Assembly (NCBI RefSeq): GCF_001194135.2 | Contig: NC_068982.1 | Location: forward strand, 5,408,296-5,472,295 | Direction of reading: 5' to 3' | Source: Octopus bimaculoides | Taxonomy: Eukaryota | Length of the DNA stretch: 64,000 nt | Shown here: positions 37,250-50,252 of the stretch, piece by piece | How positions within the stretch are numbered: the first letter of the stretch is position 1 | Layout: each line of letters opens with the position of its first letter | Position numbers and translations under genes: made by a program | The notes under the pieces: generated by a model | Databases searched by the model: none | What the model was told of the DNA's origin: nothing | What the model saw: the letters and a program-made list of their open reading frames with translations, nothing else

Positions 37250-37435
37250 AATACACACACACAGATATATACATACAGATATACACACACATATATATAC
37301 ACAAACATATATACACATATAAACACACATATATACACAAATACATACACACACATATACACACATATGCATACACATGTATCCATATGCATACACACAT
37401 ATATACATATGGATACACATATACACACACAAAAA
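36880..37435. repeat. Compound (AC)n/(AT)n low-complexity tract; similar tracts at 51330-51570 and 40710-40865
   Basis: Alternating purine-pyrimidine mosaics; source of the spurious CVCVYIYI ORFs. Confidence 0.95.
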
Positions 37436-38867
37436 TATACCCAAAACAGGCTGCTGAAATTTCAGCTAATTCTTGGCTATTTTGAATGAAGCCAATGTTC
37501 AAATCCAGTTTCTTGAAATGTTTAGAAACTGAAATCGCAAGTAGCCGTCTCAGTCCACGAAGAACCAAACAGCATTTTGCCTTCTCTCAAAATCTGACTT
37601 CTAAACCAAAGTGCATCACACCAAACTTATTGTTCTTCAGAGTATGAGTCAGTGCCATGTAATGAAAACAATGTTGCCTGAGTCACTTAATTAGAACCCA
37701 ATGCACTGTGAAGTGGTTGGCATTAAGAATGGCATCTAGTTATGGAAACCAAGCCAAAACAGACAACTGGAGTCTGTGGAACCTGGTGCAGTTCTCTGGT
37801 TTGCCAGCTCCTATCAAACCATCCAACACAAACCAGTATGGAAACGGATGTATGATAATGATAATGATGATGATTAAGCTCATTAGAGCAAAGTTTGCAT
37901 ATTTTCATCATGAATCCTTTTATTATCTCCATATGTCATTACATTATCAGAGTAATGTGCTACTTTTTTCAAGTCCTTAAGTTCTTCCGTGTCATATTAA
38001 AAATTACCACTATTTGTCACTCCAATAATTAATCACAAAAATTAGTTTAATTTATTATTTACTTCCACAGTTGTAAAATGCTGATCTCGAAGAGGTAAAG
38101 TCACTTGATAAGCCAGACAAAGGTCAGTAATAATGAGATGAAGATTTCCATGAATTTGACAGAGAAAAAAAAATGCTAATGAGTCAGTTGGAAAGTACAT
38201 CTATTAATAGTAAATACATAGTCAACCGAACAATTTAACAATACCGTGAGGGTTCTAAAGTTATAATTATTTCCTCAGCCAGCAATTATTTCAAATTTAA
38301 TGGACTCATCGTCTTCAAAAGATCAACTCTGAGAGGAATAAAACATGGCTATGGTTTCTATAGAAATCAATAAGCTGGACTCGGTGAATATTTGAAGTTT
38401 TGTAAAATAGATGATTAAGTCCTGAAGTTTATAGTAGATACAAGCATAGAGTAGGGGCTTCACTTGTAGATACAACCTAATGCGATTGAAATAGTAATAA
38501 GATTCATGAGATGACAGAATCATATTTTCCACAGGCAATAAAAACTTCAGTCACCAGAGAGTAATTGTTTGTTTCAACGTTTGGAATGTTTTCCTGTTCT
38601 TTTAAGCATTTCCATTAACAGATAAATGTGAGTAGGATTTAATGCCAAGTTTTTAGGAGGTCGTTGTGAGTGAAAGACGATTCATTACCATTGATTGTGT
38701 CCATTACAGATCAAAAAATTTTTGCTGAGATGCTTGCTATTACAATTAAGTTTTATATACTTTTGGAAAATGTCTTTAATCTTACAATTAAGACTTCGTT
38801 TATCAACAGTAAGATATTCTTTGTGACAATCTTTGAAATAAGTTTTTGTCAATCTGAACTGAATTTA

Positions 38868-39129
38868 CATTATTTACATTTGGCAGATATTTGTCCTTAT
38901 CTTGTTTGTTGTTAACACGTTTCAGCTGATATACCCTCCAGGTGTCTTGGGGAAATTTTGAACCTGGGTTCTCATTCCTAAGGTGTTTTTTGATATTATT
39001 ATTATTATTCAAGTCACTGCCTGGAATCAAACTCGGAATCTTGGGGTTAGTAGCCCACGCTCTTAACCACTACGCCATATGCCCGTGTAAATAATGTACA
39101 TAATTCCTCATCTCTTAAATATAGAACTG
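38868..39129 (-). mobile_element. Copy of the tRNA-head/hammerhead element with the hammerhead core partly deleted
   Basis: 11-bp TSD with one mismatch (AACTGAATTTA / AATTGAATTTA). Same head, AAT tract and termini as 30949-31319. Confidence 0.75.
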
Positions 39130-39699
39130 AATTGAATTTATCTTAAAAAAGCAACATCTCAGTCTATTGCTCAATCAATCACTCAATATCTCCCTGCATT
39201 ATTCAGTGCTCCAAGCTTTGATCAGCATCACTGAGTACTGAGCATCAAAATAACCAACTTAAAACTTCCTCCTCCTCCTCCTCCTAAATTACTGGCCTTG
39301 AGCCAACATTTGAAACCAATATACACATTATTTAAATTTGAGCTTCTATTGGTAGCTAATAGAAACTCAAATCTAAATACTGTGTGCATGTGTGTGTGTG
39401 TGTATTAAATGAGGATATATTTTCACTGTCGGCGTTTTCTGTATGTCGCCTGCTCATTTTTTTTTCATGTTTCTTTTATAATTCAATTTTTTTTAGTCCG
39501 TTAGGATGTGTGGTTTGTGCCTGAGGAATCTGAGTTTTCTCAACATATGAAACTATTAGTAGCGCTTTAATACATGTATTGTGATCTTCAAATAATATTT
39601 ATCTCTCACCAGATGGAGTACTGTTTTTGTTGAATTTTCTATCACAGATCAGTACATTTTATATATATACACACACACACACTGATGTGAAGTCATGTA

Positions 39700-40250
39700 T
39701 TGAAAACTGATAAGGAGGATACAGGAGGCGGTCGAAAAAGCCAGCTTCTATATATGGCTGAAGCGGGAAGACCGAATATGGCTTGAAAGTCATAACAAGT
39801 CTAGGTGAGACAGGCTGACAGTGAAGTGGCTTCGAGCCCTCCATTGTCAGTTAAAGTTCAGACAGTGTCATGTGACAACTTGCTGGTGCTGCCTACTGGA
39901 CCCTAGCAGCGGGAAATTTAGACAGTGTCACGTGACAACTAGCTGGGGCTGCCTGCTGGAGCCTAGCAGCAGATATAAAAAGGGGAACTTGACACGACGA
40001 TCAGTCGGACGCTGACACTTGTTGATGCTGCATCGAAGAGGCCAGGGAATAGAAGAAAGAAGACATGCACCCAACACCAGAGCTGAAGACACCTCCGAAA
40101 GGGGGTGGCCCCGCCACGTCAAAACGGTAGAGGAGTAGGGGCCGAAACCGGATGTGGTTCCTCCTGATGATGTCTTCAGCTAACTGGATCCTATAAAGGA
40201 GCTGTTGTGGTAGCAGACCACGAAACATGGTTGAAATTCCCCTTCCTATA
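39700..40250 (+). mobile_element. 3' end of a restriction-like-endonuclease non-LTR element (R2/NeSL/Hero-like), between microsatellites
   Basis: Terminal peptide IQEAVEKASFYIWLKREDRIWLESHNKSR* (39719-39808) resembles the EKAS.W.WLKR C-terminus as I recall it. The 3'UTR has a ~60-bp tandem duplication and ends at (TA)n. Confidence 0.5.
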
Positions 40251-40780
40251 TATGAATTATAAATAAAATATATATATATATATATATATATNNNNNNNNN
40301 NNNNNNNNNNNNNNNNNNNNNNNNNNNNNNNNNNNNNNNNNNNNNNNNNNNNNNNNNNNNNNNNNNNNNNNNNNNNNNNNNNNNNNNNNNNNNNNNNNNN
40401 NNNNNNNNNNNNNNNNNNNNNNNNNNNNNNNNNNNNNNNNNNNNNNNAATAACCATAGCGAGGGACATTCCACAGTTGAATTAGAACAGTCACAAACAGC
40501 GAAAGAAGACATGCACCCAACACCAGAGCTGAAGACACCTCCGAAAGGGGGTGGCCCCGCCACGTCAAAACGGTAGAGGAGTAGGGGCCGAAACCGGATG
40601 TGGTTCCTCCTGATGATGTCTTCAGCTAACTGGATCCTATAAAGGAGCTGTTGTGGTAGCAGACCACGAAACATGGTTGAAATTCCCCTTCCTATATATG
40701 AATTATAAATAAAATATATATATATATATATATATATAGGCATATATATACATACATATATGTACATACTGACATATATA

Positions 40781-40861
<81 letters not shown>

Positions 40862-40863
40862 AT

Positions 40864-41038
40864 ATATGGGTACAGGATGTCACACTACGTGAACAACATG
40901 AAATCCGAAATATGAAAAACAACATGGAATACGAAGACAATTTTTTTTTTTGCGAACAACGAGAGAAACAAATGGAAAACAAGACAAACAACATAAAGAG
41001 CGACCCTTGTTTACATATTGTGACGTCCTGTACCCATA
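40864..41038. mobile_element. Small TA-embedded MITE
   Basis: TIR TGGGTACAGGATGTCACA / TGTGACGTCCTGTACCCA (17/18), within (TA)n. Confidence 0.65.
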
Positions 41039-41368
41039 TATGCATATAGTAAAAGCACCCACTACACTCTCTGAGTGGTTGGCGTTAGGAAGGGCATCCA
41101 GCTGTAAAAACTCTGCCAAATCAGACTGGAGCCTGGTGTTGCCATCCGGTTTCACCAGTCCTCAGTCAAATCGTCCAACCCATGCTAGCATGGAAAGCGG
41201 ACGTTAAACGATGATGATGATGATATATATACATATGTCAGTATGTACATATATGTATGTATATATGCCTATACATATATATATTTTATCTATATTATAT
41301 GATTTAACGCCATGCACCCATTTCCAAGTANNNNNNNNNNACCCATTTCCAAGTAAGTTTATCTTATC

Positions 41369-41422
<54 letters not shown>

Positions 41423-41699
41423 CAATATATATATATATACGCACACATGCTCATTATGACAAACTTATTATCATACACTCTCTCTTTGCTCCCAGCGGAG
41501 GCCTGTCAGTGTCCAGCTGGACATCTCTTCAAGTATGTCTGCCTGTAATGGATTCAATGATTGATGATGATAGCAATTCGTCATAAGTAACATCTGCATG
41601 TTTCTACAGTCAAACATTTTTTTTCTTCTTCTTAGATCATGAAACAAACTTCAAACTACCCACTCATTCTTTTCCTTATCAATCTGGAAAGATTATTGA

Positions 41700-44060
41700 A
41701 ATGCTAGAGCAGAATTATGTAGATGCGTGCCATGAGGCAGAAGATGAGATGGAGACGAACCTGAATTAGACTCCTCAATGGTAAGTACGAAAGTTCGAAT
41801 TTTTCTGAGTAGCTAGCAGTGGCAGTGTGGGTGGGGGAAGCATACAACTGGCAGAGAAACGGGCAGATACACACATACACACACACATGTATAAATATAC
41901 ATACGGAGGGGTCAAAGTGTGTAATAGAATAAGTATAGACAAAATATGAATGATATAATGTCAACTCCACATGTGCTTCACAATTTGGATTGTGAAGATA
42001 AGCAGGACTGATTCTATGAAGCACTATTGTAACTACCTGAATGATGAATGACAATGGCATCATCATGACTGGTGACTTCAGTGGATATGTTGGCATTATG
42101 AAGGATTCTATCGAAGCTATGACTTCCATTTGATAAATGAAGAGAGAACAAGGTTCCTGAATTTCCGTGACAGCAATCATCATCATCATCATCATTTAAC
42201 GTCCGCTTTCCATGCTAGCATGGGTTGGACGACTTGACTGAGGACTGGTGAAACCAGATGGCAACACCAGGCTCCAATCTAAATTTGGCAGAGTTTCTAC
42301 AGTTGGATGCCCTTCCTAACACCAACCACTCATGTCTTGACAATTTGCTACACTAACTGCAAGAAGTCAACCGGATCATCATCGACCAATCAAGTGAACA
42401 CACAAGCTGGATAGACTTCTCTGCAGGAAATAATGACAGTCAGATCGTTTGCGGATGCTAAGTTCTTCTTTCTCAGAGAAAGTTACGAATTAGGAATTCT
42501 GAAGTAAAAGCTAGACAAACTCAGAAACAAAACAGTTTGAAGAAGGAAGACATGGAAGTTAAAAAAGCCATTGAACGATCAGAAATTAAGAGAATTTAGT
42601 TGAAGCATATCCCAGAAGGGAAGAGAAGATGGAAATATAATAGAGAACAATTAGAAGTTTTCTTATTTGGGGAATCTCTGTTGTGAGCTATAGACCAGAT
42701 CTGTGGCTGGGTTAAGGTTATCACCAGATGGAGAGTGACTTGGTGCCAGAGTAGTACTAGAAATAGAGCCATGAAAGCCAAGAGATAAAGTATGGAAAGA
42801 GTGAAAGAAAGGAAACAGCAGAGAAATACACCAAGTAACTAGATGTATGTAGCATAGAAAGAAGTAGAAAGTAAGAGGGGCACCAATGCTCTATGGGAAG
42901 ATGATCCCTCAGAATAGACAGCCGAGTAGTTCAAGAAGGCGTCATACCTAATGACTGGATAACTACACAGATATCAAACTATTAAATCAGGTCATGAAAG
43001 TAATGGGAAAAAAATATCAGATTAGTGGGAGAAGCAGCCTAGATGAGATGCAGTTTGACCGAGGGCTAGAGCAAAGTGTAGACAGCAAGGTGAGAGCCAG
43101 TAATGAGTACAGCGACAAATTTAGCATGCAGGTAGGAGTTACTCGGGTTCTCAGTTCCGTTCTACTTACCATGGTTCTCCAGACATTAGAAATTTAAGGC
43201 TGGCTGTCTGTGAGAACTCTTAATTTGAGTGATCTTGTTCTTATAGCTAAATCTGTAACAGAATTACAAGAAATTTCAGATAAGGCCTCAAGTAAACTTA
43301 GCAATGAGTAAAGTAAATAGGAAAGGAGACAGGATTTTGCTTAGTATCAGGGAAACGGCTCTGCTCCGAGTACATTGAAGGAATGGGTAGAATTTTCATA
43401 CATTATAAATATGAGAGCATAAGAGGTGTAATGGAACCATAGGCAGACTGACAGAAAAAGTAGACTCTTGTGACAGATGTACAGAAGTACTAAGCATTAA
43501 AAGTACACAGAAAACAGATTGTCTCAGATGTCTGGAATGCTCTCTATCAGTTGAACGTTTCTGTTACCCCGGTAACATAATTTGCAGTAACCAGAGTAAA
43601 AGTAGATTGAAGAAAATCAAGAGTTGTTACTTCTGCTGGCAACAAAAGATTTCCTTACCAGAGTGGTGCTTGTATACAAACTGCAATGCTGCATGAAGGC
43701 CCCAAAATGTACAAGATTTGAGAAGACTAAGAAGAAGAGATGAAAATGTTCCAGTGGAGGGCAATATTTATGTCCATGAATGATAGAAATGAGTAAAGAT
43801 AAAAATTGGGTACCAAAGGAATTGGATGGAGTCTGGAAGAGAGAAGATTCAGCTGGTTTGAGCCTGTGATGCACATGGAGGATAGCACATAGATAAAAGA
43901 ATGTGCAACGTATTGAAAGTGAATGGAACGCATGGAACTGGAAAATTGATGGAAAATTTGGACAAAGTGGTGAAAACCGACCTCAAGATGATACATATCA
44001 CACTGCATGGCATGAGAGAAGCCCCAATCAGCCATGTAAAATGGGTTTGATCAAACATTA
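41700..44060 (+). mobile_element. Highly decayed RTE-type LINE (endonuclease and RT relics), interrupted by a SINE at ~42178-42330
   Basis: GDFSGYVG endonuclease motif at 42071 and EYSDKFSMQVGV...VLS.VLL.MVLQ near 43105-43190. Many stops and frameshifts. Confidence 0.6.
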
Positions 44061-44944
44061 AAACGGGCAGTGGTGGAGGCTGGGAAGCATATCCACCCAT
44101 GACACTTTGTCCCAACTACTTTTATCTCTTTCCAGTTCCACCCAATCATTCTCTCCTTCCTCTTTTGTAAAATATGAGTAGTCATGTAGCTTCTCTGCAG
44201 CAGGAAACTTGTTCCACTTTGGCCCCTTCTCTCATTCATTATCTGCTCATTTCTTTGGCATCATGAAAAAAGCACCCAGTATACACTGTAAAGGTGGTTA
44301 GCATTAGGAAGAGCACCCATCCATAGAAACTATGCCAGAGCAGTCAGTGGAGCATGATGTGGCCCTTGCACCCATAGCATGCTGTCAGACCACACAACCC
44401 CCCAAGCCAACAAGGAATATGGATGTTAAATGATATGATGATACATTTAGAACTTGGCTCCCCAGTTGACTCCACTCCATCATCCTCACTACTCTATTAC
44501 CCTTTCTTTCATAGTAACCGTTGACAAGGCTCTTTCTCCACCCCCATCTGTTTAATTATCACTATCACTCTGCCCGCCCCCACTAACACTGACTTTTGTT
44601 ACTTCCTCCACTACCACCCCCTTAAACAATAAAGCTCTTCCTCTCATCACATTTAATTTCTCTTACCTAAAGGCATGCCTGTCTCTCCTGTAGGGACTCC
44701 TTAAGTCTAGTAAATTACAAGGGGACCTCACTAATGCTACCAGAGAGAATGCAGGACTGAAAGGGCTCTTAGAACTTGCCAAAAGCAAGACAACTTCTAT
44801 AATGGTGCTGCCATGAAACAATACACCCAGCACACACTGTAAAGTGGTTGGTATTAGGAAGGTTAGAAACTATGCCAAAACTGACACATCAGAACAAGAC
44901 CTGGGTCTCCAACCTGCCAGACCCTTTGAACTGTCTAATGCCTT

Positions 44945-45300
44945 TTCTATATTTTTGAGATGAGGAATTCTGTACATTATTTACAATTGACAGAGAGGTG
45001 TCCTCATTTTCTTTGTTGTAACCACAATGTTCCTCTGTGGTACTCTCCAGCCTTCATCAGGTGGAGCATGGGCTACTAACCCTCAGATTCTAAGTTCAAT
45101 TCTGAGCTGGGACTTGAAAAATAATAACAGAAAAATAACATCAGCAACATACCTAAGGAATGAGAACAGTGTACCCTGTTAGTCAAATAAAGGGTTGGGA
45201 TCGAAATTCCACCAGAACACCTGATGAAGGGTAGAGAATACATCAGCCGAAACGTGATAACAATTGAGGTGAGGACACCTCTCCGTCCGTTGTAAATAAT
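44945..45300 (+). mobile_element. Diverged copy of the tRNA-head/hammerhead element with a long inverted arm
   Basis: Reads GAGATGAGGAATT...CCTTCATCAGG (inverted arm), then GGGCTACTAACCC head, then CTAAGGAATGAGAAC...CACCTGATGAAGG...CAGCCGAAACG, then a TGTAAATAATGT tail. Confidence 0.65.
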
Positions 45301-45688
45301 GTATAATGCTTGTCAGTTTGAAAAACCTGACATAAAACAATGATGATGGTATACATGTGTTTGTGAGTGAATACATGTACATGCAGGAGTAAGCTTCATT
45401 ACCAGCCACATGGTTCCGGGTTCAGTTACACTGCATAGCACCTAGGACAAGTGTCTTCTACTATAGCCTTGGGCCGACCAAAGCCTTGTGAATGGATTTG
45501 GTAGATGGAAACTGAAAGAAGCCCATCATATATATGTATGTGTATGTATATATATATATATNNNNNNNNNNNNNNNNNNNNNNNNNNNNNNNNNNNNNNN
45601 NNNNNNNNNNNNNNNNNNNNNNNNNNNNNNNNNNNNNNNNNNNNNNNNNNNNNNNNNNNNNNNNNNNNNNNNNNNNNNNNNNNNNNNN

Positions 45689-45724
<36 letters not shown>

Positions 45725-46489
45725 TGTGTGTCTATGTTTGTCACCCCCTACCATTGCTTGACAACCGATGTTGGAGTGTTTACAGCCCCGTAACTTAGCG
45801 GTTCGGCAAAACAGACCGATTAGAATAAGTACTAGGCTTACAAAGAATAAGTCCCGGGGTCGATTTGTTCGACTAAAGGTGGTGCTCCAGCATGGGGGCA
45901 GTCAAATGATTGAAACGAACAAAAGAACATGTGTGTTTATGTATCCGCATACTCGAATGGGTCATCTCCACCAATTTGGCCTCATCAAATCTACATCCTT
46001 GTACCCCTCCTGCCCCTTTGCCCTCCTCTTTCACTTACTGCTCATCCTCCGATTCACTGTATTATGTTACCAATGTCAGTAAAATTGGTAGTGCCTGGCA
46101 CTCCTTGTCATCATCCACCCTCCACTCTTTGTCATCGCTCCCTCTTGCCAGAGCAGCCACTTACATTTACCAATGTCTACCTTTATTACTATCCATTGTT
46201 CTCCAGCACCCCTGATTCAACCATCGGCCTCTTGCTAACTTCACTCACCCTCTGAGTCACTTGCTTAGAGTAAACCAACACATCACATAGTGAGGACTCT
46301 TTAGTTATATGAAATACAAGGCAACCTCACTAGTGTTAGGGCTCAGAATACTTTGTAAAGTGGGAGGCACACGAGCAGAGAAAATATAGGACCATGATGA
46401 TTATTGTTGAGAACAGGACGACCTCGCTAATGCCTTGATAAAAACCATATCAATTCCTTCAGCTACCATTCTAAAACCAGTGACATCTT

Positions 46490-46540
<51 letters not shown>

Positions 46541-47339
46541 GTGTGTAAATATCAATCCTTGTCTAGGCTGTCATCAATGTTTGTTTTAGAAATGAGATAG
46601 AAATTGTTGACGTCAAACAATTTACAGATTAGCGGGAACACACGATAATTTTTTTCCGTCCCGTGATGTATATTGTTTCCAGAAATAAACCACTCAAACT
46701 AGATAGATTAATTAAATAATGAATTGATTATTTAAAAATGCTACTGCGATTGAGGTCACGGGTAAAATATCCAAGAAGGTTTATCATGAAAGCAAAAGTG
46801 TCCCCTAATTCTTTTCTTTTTAATTCGATTTAATATTCCAGGAAAACTAAACTGAATTAANNNNNNNNNNNNNNNNNNNNNNNNNNNNNNNNNNNNNNNN
46901 NNNNNNNNNNNNNNNNNNNNNNNNNNNNNNNNNNNNNNNNNNNNNNNNNNNNNNNNNNNNNNNNNNNNNNNNNNNNNNNNNNNNNNNNNNNNNNNNNNNN
47001 NNNNNNNNTGAAACGAAAGCAAAATGAGAAACCTGCTGCAAAATGAAAATTAAAAATTGTTATATTTTAAGTCTTAAAATTTTATAACAGTTTTAATACG
47101 ATATAAACATCGAAAACAACTTTGACGAGGTTTTAAGTTACATTTAGATTTGAGCTTGTGGTAAACTTATATAGAACTTGGAAAGTTTTACTGAAACATG
47201 CACTTAATGGGAAACATTTATTTTGAGAGGGGACCGCAAAAGTAACCAGTATGCGAATGACATCGCCAGTTGGCAGACGGAACTAGAAAGGAGTGTCAGC
47301 ACAATCCCTGGGTTCTAGAGCAAAGGAGAAAATATAAGC

Positions 47340-47372
<33 letters not shown>

Positions 47373-47555
47373 CATACAAAAATACAATAAACAGAATCTG
47401 TTGAATTTAATGGCAGTCATGACACCGAGTAAACAACTAAAAATAAACAACGGAGAAAAAAATTTCTACTGATGTTGATTTAATCAAGATACACTTGATT
47501 AGGCAGATCATAGATCAAAATAATTCCAGCCGCACCTGTGACCATTCAACTAGAC

Positions 47556-47831
47556 CCGTGGTGCCCAAACTTTTAGGGGGTGCCGTCCCCCTGACACCCA
47601 GGCTACATTCCTAGCGCCTTCACCCCAAGTAACCATCACAAACGTAGACCTCTTTCTGAAGCAAATTCAACAACCTAATAAACCCATTATTTTGTTGTTT
47701 TTACATGAATCATTAGCCTAACATTGCCCCTCGTTTTACATGAATTGCTATCCCATTATCGCCCTCTTGGAACTTTCCAATGCCCCCCAAGGGCGGGGTG
47801 TGTGCAATACCGCCCACTTTGAGAACCACTG
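47556..47831. mobile_element. hAT (Charlie-like) MITE
   Basis: Termini CCGTGGTGCCCAAACTT / ACTTTGAGAACCACTG and 8-bp TSD AACTAGAC / AACTTGAC. Confidence 0.75.
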
Positions 47832-49162
47832 AACTTGACTATTTAACGAGGTTTTACTTATTTAATTTACAAGACGGTACAACGTGATTTTGGAACAGAA
47901 CAGGCGACGTCGTTTTGTTTCCTGAATAATTATTAACAATTGTGAAAATAATGTTAAAAGCCATTAATTATTGTTTCAAAGAGAACTTCTGAAAATGTCT
48001 TCGATAAGAAATCCTCAAAGGAATTAATTGAAACTTGAAATTGCTATGCAGTTTCATGCAAAACTAATTTCTTCGAGCTAACGAAAGGGCTTCTAAGAAC
48101 ATGTTAGAGGTAGTAGCCGAATCTCCCGCAAATTACATCCTGTTATCTCGAAAAAACAAAACAAAACGGGAACTCATTGTATAATGCTATATACGCAATG
48201 CTCGAGAAGCCGACGAGGTGGTCATGATTCGAATACCTACGATCATAGGTTTAAACAACTCCTTTCTCTGAGCTGGTATGCATTTATGAACATACCGTCA
48301 AATTTCATAATTTTCATATAATAATGAGCTCACTGTAGACGATGCTCAACTATAAAGAAGACTACCATTTATTTAACATTGCTGTCCCTGATCAAGCAGA
48401 AATATGATGAAAGGCATTTCAGCAGTGACCATCCAGATATATTTAAAACTACACTTTCGTATATTCCTTTACTATAGGCTTTGTTTGGCTGCTATTTCTA
48501 GCATACCACACGACCACGTTGTGTGAAGAGGAAAAGAAAACGTAAATATATTTTGGAGCACCTGTTTCCTTTGGAGCATACCATAGTCATGATCGGTATT
48601 TGACCACCGAAGATGCAAGGTGTGATCGTGGTTCCGAAGTTTGTGTAGCTTAGTTTTAAAGTTATTCAGCCCCATGTCAGTCCTTGTAGCGCAGGCTTGT
48701 GGTCTACGCATTCTAATCATTGTCAACCTGTCTTTTCTATAACCTCAGAATCATATTATCCAACGTATTGTTATTTGATGTATAATTTGAATGGGACTTC
48801 CCTGGTATTTCTAGCTGCCACACACAGGATCTTTCATTAACTGACGTTTTAAGTTGATGTGACCGTAAATGAATGCACCAAACAGTATGAATAGTTTAAC
48901 TGTAACATCGTTTTTTTTTTTTGTTTCTTGAACTTTAGCAGCAAGGGTATTTTTCTTTCAATCAACATAAACACAAAGAGATACAAACAAGAAAAGAAAC
49001 AGGTCTATACAATCAATTATTTTAAACAAAGAATAAGTGAAAATAGTCGGATATGGGTGTAGCTGGTGGTTTATGTTGAACAAACTCAAAAAGTTTGGAA
49101 GCAAATTGAGTAATAAATCTGATTACATAAGACTGAACAGGTACGTGTATGTTTCCACTAAC

Positions 49163-49252
49163 CTCAGGGCCACGGTCACGTCTATCGTCGGTTGAATATC
49201 GGCGATGGTATGCTCCAAGTAAAGGGGCAGTTTCTGACCGTCTTCTATTCAT
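49163..49252 (-). CDS. CLCN7: CLCN7 first coding exon, MNRRRSETAPLLGAYHRRYSTDDRRDRGPE (30 aa, ends phase 0)
   Basis: ATG at 49252-49250 and donor GAG|GTTAGT. A pyrimidine-rich acceptor (ttttag|) 9 nt upstream of the ATG implies an unlocated 5'UTR exon. ETAPLL fits [DE]xxxL[LI], like human ClC-7 EAAPLL. Confidence 0.75.
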
Positions 49253-50252
49253 TTCTTCTCGCTAAAATTGTTGAGAAACAAAGCAGAAAAAATAAATAAA
49301 TGACAACTGTTAAAAGCGTAAAATAAAATTGGCAAAACAATCATATCCGTATAGAGAGGAGAATTGATAGCGACATTATTTCGATTAACAAAATTACCTT
49401 TTCGTTTTGTTTTCTTCTAACTTTTTGCCTTTTTAGTTTTGATTAAATAAGATATAACAAATCAATCGATTAGTGATTGCTTCGATGAGAATGCTGTTTT
49501 TCTTTTCTTGCATAGTTTTACTTCATGATATTTTCCACACCAGACACAATTTCATTAACATAGTAAAAAGTAAAAGATGTTTCTCTGTGTTGAAACTGCT
49601 GATGACAAAACAATATTTCAACCGGTGGATTTTTTTCTTTTTTTCCCTAAGAAATTCCCAAGAACAGAATGAAATGACAAAACACCAGAATTAATGACAC
49701 TGTTTCGATAGAGGTAATTCTAGGGTGTCACATGACGAGCATATTCTAACTAAAATAGTCACATGAAAATATTATCATCATCGTTCCTGAACCTTTACGA
49801 ACGACTGAACGAATAGGTTTCGACTAAAATGTAATTCTGTTCCTGCTTGATTAAAGAACTGGTGGTAGTAGGGGCGAGGAATTACTTTAATCAGGAGTCG
49901 CTCAACAAATAATATAGAATCAACGAAACGAAATAACAATCCGATTTTTAGGAAAACATAGTGTAGCTTTGTGACAAAGCTTAGTAACGTGCATCTGTAA
50001 TTAATTACTTTTTCGAACCGATACCAGGAAACAGTTTTGCTTTTACTCATTCACTCTGATGCGATAAAAGACAAATACAATCTCGACAGTTTGACTTCGG
50101 AAGGTAGAACCGAACTAAATGCTACTAAATATTTTAAAAAAGAAATCACTGTTGTTACAAATATTTATTCCAATGCTACCGTTTCTACATCGACCTAAGA
50201 ACCAAATAAAAGCAAAGTTTTGTTGCTATTTTCAGATCATTCCGGAGAGAAT

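Larger units (their letters stand above)
10154..49261 (-). other. CLCN7: Gene span (5' part only) of H(+)/Cl(-) exchange transporter 7; continues beyond the left edge of the window
   Basis: Eleven GT-AG exons join in phase into MNRRRSETAPLL...YE|SLDYDPVENS...|KNIYIGMVRWFVMFSIGVLTGLIACLID...|[29 protein letters not shown]...GGLAVGK|[20 protein letters not shown]...|[53 protein letters not shown]|[12 protein letters not shown]...PGLINFGKF. This closely matches vertebrate ClC-7 as I recall it. Confidence 0.95.

Noticed and set aside
36562-37568. Long ORFs (up to 288 aa) rich in CVCVYIYI / HTHTYI
   Set aside because: Translations of (AC)n/(AT)n tracts that lack stops; the same applies to the poly-X ORFs spanning N-gaps.
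41480-41610. Possible CLCN7 exon (minus, DVTYDELLSSSII) or plus-strand 37-nt exon 41496-41532
   Set aside because: The minus reading has a purine-rich acceptor, no good GT donor and an in-frame stop. The plus reading has no partner exons or recognisable product.
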